31,875 nt of DNA, taken from IMG/VR virus record IMGVR_UViG_3300033067_000953, positions 1-31,875 of that record; one strand, written 5' to 3'. The position numbers and the translations under genes are program-made. The notes under the pieces are model-generated. The model made no database searches, was not told the DNA's origin, and saw nothing but the letters and a program-made list of their open reading frames with translations. Position 1 is the stretch's first letter, and each line of letters begins with the position of its first letter. Below, piece after piece: positions 1 through 6,412 of the stretch. Source of the DNA: a virus (lineage: Duplodnaviria; Caudoviricetes).

Positions 1-80
1 GAGCCCACCGGCCAATGGCAAGACCTAGCTGCGCGTAAAAAATAACGCGCTCCTCTTTGAACGACAAAGGACCCTTCGAC

Positions 81-251
81 ATGACGCGCCTCCCCAAGCC
101 GGATACAGAAATCTACCCGGACTCATGGGCACGCTTCGAGCGCGCCGTTGACGCTGGGGTCAAAAGCGGCCCGAAGGGTAGAGCGCCCGTGAAAGAGAAA
201 GCGAAGACTAAGGCTCAGAAGAAGCCTTCTTCGCGCGCAAAGAAGCCCTAG
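81..251 (+). CDS. Small basic IS passenger protein, convergent with the transposase
   Basis: ATG at 81 preceded by AAAGGA; MTRLPKPDTEIYPDSWARFERAVDAGVKSGPK with a Lys-rich tail; stop overlaps the transposase stop. Confidence 0.55.
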   Translation: MTRLPKPDTEIYPDSWARFERAVDAGVKSGPKGRAPVKEKAKTKAQKKPSSRAKKP

Positions 252-1195
252 ACGGGCGCTTCTCCGCTGTTAATCCGCCGATAGGTCATGCGCTTGCCCA
301 TGATGCCCTTCAGGGACTTCGTGAAGCGCTCGAAATCGCTGATCCCGAGGGCCTTGCGCTCGTTGTAGCGATAATCAAATTCCACCAGATAGCGCTTCAG
401 GTGTGTGGCGCTGACATGGTGATACGTTCCCACAATGCCGCGCTTCAGGATGGAGAAGTAATTCTCCACGGTGTTGGTGTAGCAATCGCCGCGGACGTAT
501 TCGCCAATCTCATGGTTCACGCGGCCATGAGCGCGAAAATGATCGTCCTTGTTGGCGGACTTGTACGTGGTGGCCGTGTCCGTCATCAGGCGCGTGCCCT
601 TGGCAATCTGCTCCATGAGGATGGGGCGCAGGGTCTTGGAGCCAATGTCGGCAACGTGGGTTGAGCGGACTTTGCCGCCGCGCTCGACCAACGAGAACAC
701 GGGCTCTTTCTCAGCGGCGCCAATGCGGCCCGAGCGCTTGCCCTTATGCTTGTTCTTGCTCTTGCCGCCGATGAAGGTTTCGTCGGCTTCCACGGTCGAG
801 AACGGGCCGCCCATCGGGCCGGCATCAGTCTCCCGCAGGCTTTCACGGATACGGTGACAGACAAACCAGGCGGTCTTGGGGGAGAACCCGAGCATGCGGC
901 CGATCTGGAGGGCGCTCATGCCCTTCTTGGACGCCATCATGAGGTAGGTCGCGGCCAGCCACTTGTGCAGCCCGATCTTGGAGCGCTCGTACAGGGTGCC
1001 CACGGTCACGGTGAAGGGTTCGCGGCAGGCGTTACACTGATACAGGCCGGGACGGGTAGTCTTACCCTTCATAAGCGTGGCCTCCCCCTCAACCCCGCAA
1101 TGGGGGCAGATCGGGCCATTCGGCCAAACCCGTGCTTCCAGCCACTCACGGGCTTTGTCGGCGTCTTGGAAGATGGGGTTGGACAGGTCGCTCAT
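248..1195 (-). CDS. IS1595-family DDE transposase
   Basis: Zn ribbon (CPHCG...CNAC), HTH region, VEADETFIGG, LMTD, TNTVENYFSILKR, YLVEFDYRYN; RBS AAGGAG. Confidence 0.95.
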   Translation of the reverse strand: MSDLSNPIFQDADKAREWLEARVWPNGPICPHCGVEGEATLMKGKTTRPGLYQCNACREPFTVTVGTLYERSKIGLHKWLAATYLMMASKKGMSALQIGRMLGFSPKTAWFVCHRIRESLRETDAGPMGGPFSTVEADETFIGGKSKNKHKGKRSGRIGAAEKEPVFSLVERGGKVRSTHVADIGSKTLRPILMEQIAKGTRLMTDTATTYKSANKDDHFRAHGRVNHEIGEYVRGDCYTNTVENYFSILKRGIVGTYHHVSATHLKRYLVEFDYRYNERKALGISDFERFTKSLKGIMGKRMTYRRINSGEAPV

Positions 1196-1216
1196 GGTTT
1201 GTCTCCTTATGAAACA

Positions 1217-1245
1217 AACCTATAGCTGGGGCCGTACTATGTCAA
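1217..1245 (-). promoter_or_regulatory. Sigma70-type transposase promoter overlapping the IS left end
   Basis: Minus strand TTGACA (1245-1240), 17-nt spacer, TAGGTT (1222-1217). Confidence 0.6.
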
Positions 1246-1258
1246 GGTGACGATTGCC

Positions 1259-1482
1259 GGTGCAATGAGGCGGGGCTGTCTAAGCGCTGCTCCGCGCACG
1301 GGCTGAGAAAAGCAATGAGCCGGCGCCTTGCCGAAGCTGCGGCCACTGCCCACGAAATCAAAGCCGTGACGGGCCACAAGACCCTGGCCGAGGTGACTCG
1401 ATACACGGCGGCGGCGGATCAAGAACGCTTAGCGCAGACGGCGATGGAGAAGGTTTCCGGAACACCCAGTGTCAAACCATAA
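1259..1482 (+). pseudogene. int: 3' remnant of a tyrosine integrase interrupted by the IS
   Basis: Hand translation from 1261: CNEAGLSKRCSAHGLRKAMSRRLAEAAATAHEIKAVTGHKTLAEVTRYTAAADQERLAQTAMEKV...; shows the H-x-L-R, GH and catalytic Y motifs; no start codon for the full gene. Confidence 0.9.
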
Positions 1483-1649
1483 GTAAGTTTGACAATTAGC
1501 CAGATAAAATCGTTTCAGATCAATGGGCGAAAAGAGGGTTGGCGGACAGAGAGGGTGTGCAATAAGTGCGCATATATAAGGTGTTGCGTTGGCAAACACC
1601 TATAACGGCCATCATTGATTCTAAATGATAATTTTGCGAAGTGGCAAAC
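1470..1649. other. attP-like site: core 1540-1555 flanked by arm-type repeats
   Basis: Core TGGCGGACAGAGAGGG is the reverse complement of CCCTCTCTGTCCGCCA, a tRNA-Ser-type 3' end. Arm-like TGTCAAAC 1470-1477, its inverse 1487-1494, and TGGCAAAC at 1590-1597 and 1642-1649; AT-rich context. Confidence 0.75.
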
Positions 1650-1652
1650 CGC

Positions 1653-1769
1653 TCAGAACGCCCACACCAGCCACAGCGCCGCGGCAAACCCCAGGAAGAA
1701 ACACAGCCTCCCCCGCATAGCCCAAACCGCGTCGATGAAGTTGTCTGCGACTTCGGCTGGATCGGTCAT
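1653..1769 (-). CDS. 38-aa membrane peptide (not in ORF track)
   Basis: MTDPAEVADNFIDAVWAMRGRLCFFLGFAAALWLVWAF; ATGA overlap with the upstream stop; hydrophobic C-terminus. Confidence 0.55.
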   Translation of the reverse strand: MTDPAEVADNFIDAVWAMRGRLCFFLGFAAALWLVWAF

Positions 1770-2548
1770 GGGCCGGCGAACACGTCGAAGCGGCCGACAT
1801 ACCCCTGGACCTGGCCGAACCACAGCGCCGCGTGCGGCGGGTTTGGAAACGTCATGGCGTCGTCGCTGAGCGAGCCCGCGGTCACCACCAGTTGCGGGTA
1901 GCCGTCAAGCAGCAGCGTCATGGACTCCCCGGGCCGGTAGTCGATGCGGACGGCGTGCGAGCCGGGCGTCACGGGCGCGGAATTGACCGGGCCCGCATAA
2001 GTGGGGCGGTAAATCCAGAGCTTCGGCGGGTCGGTGGGTGCCGCGCATGAGATGTAAGCCGCGACATAGGTACCGAGCGGATCGCCATCGTCCACCCCGC
2101 CGCCGTAGATCACCGGCCCCATGTAGGAGACGCCGGAGCAATCGTTGGTGACGGTGACCACGGCCTCGATAGAGAGCGGGCTGTTCCGGTCGAAGGTCCG
2201 GGCACTCACCAGCGCCATGCCAGGATTCCCGGCGTGGAAGTACAGAAGCCCGTCAGCGAGCCGGAAGCAGACGTTGGGCGTCGGGTCGATGCAGTCGCTT
2301 CCGCCGTTCCCGGCCTGCGGCAGGACGCCCCATAGGGCATCGGCGGGCAGGTCACAGGCAAAGGGCGAGAGCAGGCCGGGGCCGCCACAGCGGAGCGCCG
2401 CGCGCATCGGTGCGGTCCAGTCCGCCGCGAAGGCCTGGTTGCCGGGTCTGGGTGTCGGTGGAGTGCTGATCGGGAGTTGGACGGGTGCCGAACCGCCGGC
2501 GCACCCCGCCAGCAGCAGTGCGAGCAGGGCCAGGAGGCGCACGGTCAC
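1766..2548 (-). CDS. Predicted lipoprotein, beta-rich (possibly ConA/LamG-like)
   Basis: Signal MTVRLLALLALLLAGC with lipobox LAGC, Pro-rich linker, GTGA overlap with the o-spanin stop. Confidence 0.75.
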   Translation of the reverse strand: MTVRLLALLALLLAGCAGGSAPVQLPISTPPTPRPGNQAFAADWTAPMRAALRCGGPGLLSPFACDLPADALWGVLPQAGNGGSDCIDPTPNVCFRLADGLLYFHAGNPGMALVSARTFDRNSPLSIEAVVTVTNDCSGVSYMGPVIYGGGVDDGDPLGTYVAAYISCAAPTDPPKLWIYRPTYAGPVNSAPVTPGSHAVRIDYRPGESMTLLLDGYPQLVVTAGSLSDDAMTFPNPPHAALWFGQVQGYVGRFDVFAGP

Positions 2549-2793
2549 CGGCCCTTGCAGGCCCGCACCGCGTCACGGAGCGCCCTGGCGTCGGTCATGT
2601 AGCGGGCGACCGCGCTGTCGTCGGACAGGCCCTCCGTCTCCTTCAGCCATTGCTGGGTGAAGGCCGGGTCGTACTCCTTGAGCGGGATCGCGCTACAGCT
2701 TCCCGCCGTCGAGCACATCGCGGCGCACGTCACTAAGACGGCCGGGGGAAGCAGCCACAGCGTCAGCCACTTTCGCAGCGGTTTTGGCATCAC
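2545..2793 (-). CDS. o-spanin (Rz1-like lipoprotein)
   Basis: Hydrophobic signal ending AVLVTC, extra Cys residues, starts inside the i-spanin gene in another frame. Confidence 0.7.
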   Translation of the reverse strand: MMPKPLRKWLTLWLLPPAVLVTCAAMCSTAGSCSAIPLKEYDPAFTQQWLKETEGLSDDSAVARYMTDARALRDAVRACKGR

Positions 2794-2896
2794 GCGCTCC
2801 TATGTCGGCTTTGACGGAATCGGCACCGGCCCGGCGCGCCATCCACAGGATGACGCCCAGGCCGGCGATGCCGAGGATGATGAGGTACGGGGTCAC
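2693..2896 (-). CDS. i-spanin (Rz-like)
   Basis: N-terminal TM (YLIILGIAGLGVILWM) then an Ala-rich helix; follows endolysin/holin. Confidence 0.7.
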   Translation of the reverse strand: MTPYLIILGIAGLGVILWMARRAGADSVKADIGARDAKTAAKVADAVAASPGRLSDVRRDVLDGGKL

Positions 2897-3096
2897 TTGG
2901 ACGCCGTGACCGCGGTCTTGGTGGTGAGGCGCAGGACGATGTTCACCACGGCCAGGATGCCGGTCGCGAGATCGGCCTGGACTTCCGGGGTCAATCCCAG
3001 ATCAAGCTTGAACACACCGGCCACAGTGGCAGCGCCAGCAATGACATTGACCCACAAAGTCTTTGACTGCCAAAAGGGCTTAGTCGTTTCGTCCAT
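2893..3096 (-). CDS. Holin-like two-TM protein
   Basis: Start reassigned to ATG 3096 (RBS AAGGAG); MDETTKPFWQSKTLWVNVIAGAA...LAVVNIVLRLTT; adjacent to the endolysin. Confidence 0.7.
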   Translation of the reverse strand: MDETTKPFWQSKTLWVNVIAGAATVAGVFKLDLGLTPEVQADLATGILAVVNIVLRLTTKTAVTASK

Positions 3097-3097
3097 T

Positions 3098-3508
3098 TCA
3101 TGTCTCCTTTGCTGATTCAAAAAGCGCCGCGATGCGCTCGGCGCGGGCGCCGACTTGGGTGGCCCATTTGCTCTTAAGGGCTTCGGCAGCGGCGGCGGCG
3201 TAGTCTTTGCTCGCCAGGGCGCTGAGCATTTTCCCGAACTGGGAGAGGCCGACAAAACCCAGGTTGAAACACATATTGGCGAGCCCCCGCTGGACTGGCT
3301 CCGGGGCGGTCATGAACCAGGATAGGTTCCGCCTGAGGGTGCTTTCGGCCCTGAGAATGTCGCCGCTCAGCAACACCCGCGCTTCGTCCTCGGTGATCCC
3401 CACGTCATCGAGGTTGCGCCCTACGCCTATGGTCAGCTTGCCGGCGGGGCACCGGTACGGCTTGAGCCTTAGTCCCTCGTCCCGGATCAGGTCGTCAACG
3501 ATGCTCAA
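3098..3508 (-). CDS. Endolysin, T4-lysozyme-like (GH24)
   Basis: DEGLRLKPYRCPAGKLTIGVGRNL, ANMCFNLG, SKWATQVGARA. Confidence 0.92.
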   Translation of the reverse strand: MSIVDDLIRDEGLRLKPYRCPAGKLTIGVGRNLDDVGITEDEARVLLSGDILRAESTLRRNLSWFMTAPEPVQRGLANMCFNLGFVGLSQFGKMLSALASKDYAAAAAEALKSKWATQVGARAERIAALFESAKET

Positions 3509-3774
3509 CGGCGTCCCTTCTCAAGGTTTTCAACTCTCGTCTCTGTCACCGACAGGCGAACGTCGATCCCCCCGATGGCCTTGGCGGTTTCTATCTGAAA
3601 GACCTTTGACTCCCGGATGAACTCGTCCAGCCGGCTGACGATATAATTCCCGGTCCAAGCGCCAAGGCCCAATGTGGCCGGGACCAGCACCACCACAATC
3701 CACCTCGAGGCAAGTGTTAGAATGGCGTTTTCAGCGGCTTGCTTGATCCGCTCTCCGCTACTCTGCTCGGCCAC
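3505..3774 (-). CDS. Single-TM protein upstream of endolysin (holin/antiholin candidate)
   Basis: WIVVVLVPATLGLGAW TM followed by a coiled-coil-like tail (VETRVENLE-type); 4-nt overlap with the endolysin start. Confidence 0.6.
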   Translation of the reverse strand: MAEQSSGERIKQAAENAILTLASRWIVVVLVPATLGLGAWTGNYIVSRLDEFIRESKVFQIETAKAIGGIDVRLSVTETRVENLEKGRR

Positions 3775-3786
3775 TAGAACGCCCCC

Positions 3787-4050
3787 CTATGCCAAAATCT
3801 CATTAGCGCGTTGCTGCGTAATAAGTCCCGCCGTAACCATGCTCTGCACAGTTAGTTGCAGTGTGGTCTTTGGGGTGCCTTCATCGTTTCTGGCGTCGGT
3901 TTCAAGCCATGTGATGTTTTGCCACACGGTTTGATTTGGGTGATTGCAAGCAAAGAAATCCAACTTTTCTTGCTGGGTCAATTTTTCATCAAGCGTCGGA
4001 ATGGAAATGACCACACAAACAATTTGGTCATCTTTATAAATTAGTTCCAT
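3787..4050 (-). CDS. Hypothetical protein (tail-fibre associated?)
   Basis: 87 aa, in operon, ends MVTAGLITQQRANEILA; low GC. Confidence 0.55.
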   Translation of the reverse strand: MELIYKDDQIVCVVISIPTLDEKLTQQEKLDFFACNHPNQTVWQNITWLETDARNDEGTPKTTLQLTVQSMVTAGLITQQRANEILA

Positions 4051-4053
4051 GAG

Positions 4054-4710
4054 TTAGCCTTTCAGCCAAACAGCAACCACACCGCCGACACCAGCAACGG
4101 TATTCGGTCTATTGGACATTGAAGCTGTTGGAGACACAGCGGTTGAAGGCGCAGCGCCGTATGCAGTGTCCACATAATGTCCAAAAGTATGTAGATCACC
4201 CGTACCGCCACTGACCGGAGCAGTTAAGGTTCCAATATATGTAGCCATACTGGGGCCCACTGAATAACCGGCTAGTGTCTCAAACCCGAATGGGCGCATC
4301 ATTTCCATTGAAGCCGCGCTATCAGCCCAACTCGTCAACCAATAGGTTCCGGGGAGAGCCGCCCAAGACGAACTTAGCGTTCTGAGGGCTGCGGCTCCGG
4401 TTAGAGTAACCTCGCCAAAATCTTTTTCTAGAGTTCCAGGGCCCCCATTAACTCCATCATCTCTAAAAACCATAATGCGGAATTTTTTCCCGTTATCCGC
4501 AGCGCCAGAATTATATATGCACACGCCCGCAAACGTTTTTGCTTTGGGGATTGATAGCGGTACATACATGCACCGATTCGCTGCAGAGCTATATGCCGCA
4601 TCGCCCTGAAAATATCCGGCTGGCAGGTAATAGCATCCAGTTATGAACCCCGGCGGATTCTGATTTGAGAAAAAGTTACTGCCCTGAGCAAGAGCGACCA
4701 TTAGACCCAT
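4054..4710 (-). CDS. Gly/Ala/Ser-rich beta protein, candidate receptor-binding/tail tip protein
   Basis: 218 aa, overlaps the tail fibre stop by 10 nt; low GC. Confidence 0.55.
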   Translation of the reverse strand: MGLMVALAQGSNFFSNQNPPGFITGCYYLPAGYFQGDAAYSSAANRCMYVPLSIPKAKTFAGVCIYNSGAADNGKKFRIMVFRDDGVNGGPGTLEKDFGEVTLTGAAALRTLSSSWAALPGTYWLTSWADSAASMEMMRPFGFETLAGYSVGPSMATYIGTLTAPVSGGTGDLHTFGHYVDTAYGAAPSTAVSPTASMSNRPNTVAGVGGVVAVWLKG

Positions 4711-5516
4711 CCATCCGTTGTAGTGCAGCTCAGCATGAGAGTTTGGCGCTGCGTGAATACGACTGTGCCGGAAACACCGTTGATCGTGCCGTAGACCGAA
4801 AGCGGGTAAGGCCCGACATAGACCAGCATCACGAACTTGCCGGCGGACACCGATGAGTTATTCAGCTCAACGGCCATCCCGGCAGTCGGCGGGTAAACGG
4901 TGTAGACCGCGTTAGCGGTCGTGGCGGCAAAACTCGTTGTATAATAGCCACCGCTAGTCAGGCCCCAGACGTTGGCCGATGCTTTGTTCGCAAGCAGCCA
5001 CTTGCCGACCGTGGATTCCCATGACACGCGGTATTGGCCACCCGCGACCAGATCCCCGGCGTTGAGCGCGGTCAGATCACCATTGGCGATGACAGCCACA
5101 GAACCACCCGAGACGGAAAGCGTCGGGGCAGTGGACGTGCTTGTGGCGTGTACTTTGATGAGGAAGGACAACCCGCCTGTATAGGGTGGCGTAATGGGCG
5201 GGGACGGGGTGAGCGTGTAGGCGTCAATAGTGCCCGTGGTCGTGAAATAGGTCAGGTCGTTGTCCTGAACCTGGGACGCCCGAAGGTAATCGGTACGGCT
5301 GGAGGCTACCGCCACCCCGGTATGCTTGAACCCACCCATGGGTAGGTTCGCCGTGGCCGGGGATTGCCCATCCCTAGTAACGCAATCGGTCAGGCCATCG
5401 GCAATAGCCTGGTCTTGACCGTCCATGCGATCTGCGCGGATTTTGATCCCATTCGCTTTATCCGTGGCCCACGAATATGGGAGGACGAAGACACCGTTGC
5501 CGTCAAAGCCCGACAT
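4701..5516 (-). CDS. Tail fibre/spike protein
   Basis: Podovirus fibre-type N-terminus (FDGNGVF...GLTDCVTRDGQSPATANLPMGGFKHTG), Thr/Gly/Ser-rich body, located after the ejection genes. Confidence 0.75.
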   Translation of the reverse strand: MSGFDGNGVFVLPYSWATDKANGIKIRADRMDGQDQAIADGLTDCVTRDGQSPATANLPMGGFKHTGVAVASSRTDYLRASQVQDNDLTYFTTTGTIDAYTLTPSPPITPPYTGGLSFLIKVHATSTSTAPTLSVSGGSVAVIANGDLTALNAGDLVAGGQYRVSWESTVGKWLLANKASANVWGLTSGGYYTTSFAATTANAVYTVYPPTAGMAVELNNSSVSAGKFVMLVYVGPYPLSVYGTINGVSGTVVFTQRQTLMLSCTTTDGWV

Positions 5517-6145
5517 TATTGATTCTCCGCTTTGATCTTGCGGCGAGCGGCGACGCTTGCAGCGGCCCCCAACTTAAGGCCGGCCAGATTCATCCCGACG
5601 CCTATCAGCTTTCGCAGATCGCGCCTGCGGTCGTTAATGCAGACGCGGCAACCGCGCTGCCTGCCCAATTGAATGAGGGGATGGCCACGCTTACATTCCG
5701 TCTTGCTTGCCGACCACTCAAGCTGGCGTTCTCTCATTTTTCCGCGGCGGGTGTTCTCCGCGATTGAGACCGGCTCAAGGTGATAGGGATTTACACAGGT
5801 CCGGTTGCGGCACAGGTGGTCGAGGCACTGGCCCTTGGGGATCGGCCCGATATACATCTCGTAAGCGACCCGGTAGGCCTGACGCGGCGCCTTAAAGAAT
5901 GAGAAGCGCCCATATCCGTGGCTGTCCTTGGTGCCTGTCCAGTTCCAACAACCGGTCGCGTCATCGTGGTCGATTTTGGACTCAAACCGTTGATATAGGG
6001 CGTTAACTACGCCCAACAGATAGGACTGGACGAACCCCACATCCCTATCCAGGTGAGCCCGAAAGCCCGGTTCCGTATGGGCATCCGGGGGCAAATCGAG
6101 GTATCCTTCGCTGAGGCAGGCGAACGTGCCGTTGCCGTCAAAGCC
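5494..6145. repeat. 17-bp direct repeat CCGTTGCCGTCAAAGCC at 5494-5510 and 6129-6145
   Basis: Identical copies encoding GFDGNG in the N-termini of the tail fibre and HNH genes. Confidence 0.9.
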
Positions 6146-6151
6146 GCTCAT
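5516..6151 (-). CDS. HNH homing-endonuclease-like protein
   Basis: CWNWTG...GYGRF...DHLCRNRTCVNPYHLEPVSIAEN and a C-terminal CKRGH...CRVC Zn motif. Confidence 0.92.
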   Translation of the reverse strand: MSGFDGNGTFACLSEGYLDLPPDAHTEPGFRAHLDRDVGFVQSYLLGVVNALYQRFESKIDHDDATGCWNWTGTKDSHGYGRFSFFKAPRQAYRVAYEMYIGPIPKGQCLDHLCRNRTCVNPYHLEPVSIAENTRRGKMRERQLEWSASKTECKRGHPLIQLGRQRGCRVCINDRRRDLRKLIGVGMNLAGLKLGAAASVAARRKIKAENQ

Positions 6152-6160
6152 CGAGGCACC

Positions 6161-6412
6161 ATGATATTTTTAGCCAACCTGTTGACCTTCTGCGGACTCA
6201 TGGCCCTTGGATTTCTGTTTAAGGAAATCGAATGGAACTGGGGCCAAGAAACGGTGACGGTATTTGCCCTTGGCTGGATTGCGGCAACCGTGATGTGGCA
6301 GACTGCGCACCGCATTCGTTATGGCCTCTGGTTCGACCCACCCGTGCTGGTAGACAGCAGCGCGGATGGAGTGCGAGCCAATAGCGGTAGCGTGCGAGAT
6401 CCAAATATTTGA
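6161..6412 (+). CDS. Small two-TM membrane protein, antisense to the late operon
   Basis: ATG 6161 with GAGG RBS; MIFLANLLTFCGLMALGFLF and VTVFALGWIAATVMW; fills the 6152-6318 gap. Confidence 0.6.
   Translation: MIFLANLLTFCGLMALGFLFKEIEWNWGQETVTVFALGWIAATVMWQTAHRIRYGLWFDPPVLVDSSADGVRANSGSVRDPNI

Larger units (their letters stand above)
1..1258 (-). mobile_element. IS1595-family element (ISNwi1-like end) with passenger genes; right end lies outside the window
   Basis: Contains an IS1595 transposase. On the minus strand the element starts GGCAATCGTCACCTTGACA at 1258, exactly where integrase-like coding sequence resumes. No matching inverted end seen in 1-250. Confidence 0.8.

Noticed and set aside
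1540-1630. Complete tRNA-Ser gene
   Set aside because: Only the last 16 nt match; no T-loop, anticodon arm or D arm.
2893-3255. 120-aa ORF as given in the track (also the long versions at 14260-15513, 25554-25856, 26876-27487, 28155-28616)
   Set aside because: The N-terminal extensions overlap real upstream genes; downstream starts with an RBS or coupled codons fit better.
5516-6151. Group I intron or intein around the HNH gene
   Set aside because: No room for a ribozyme core, no intein termini, and the downstream gene has its own complete start.
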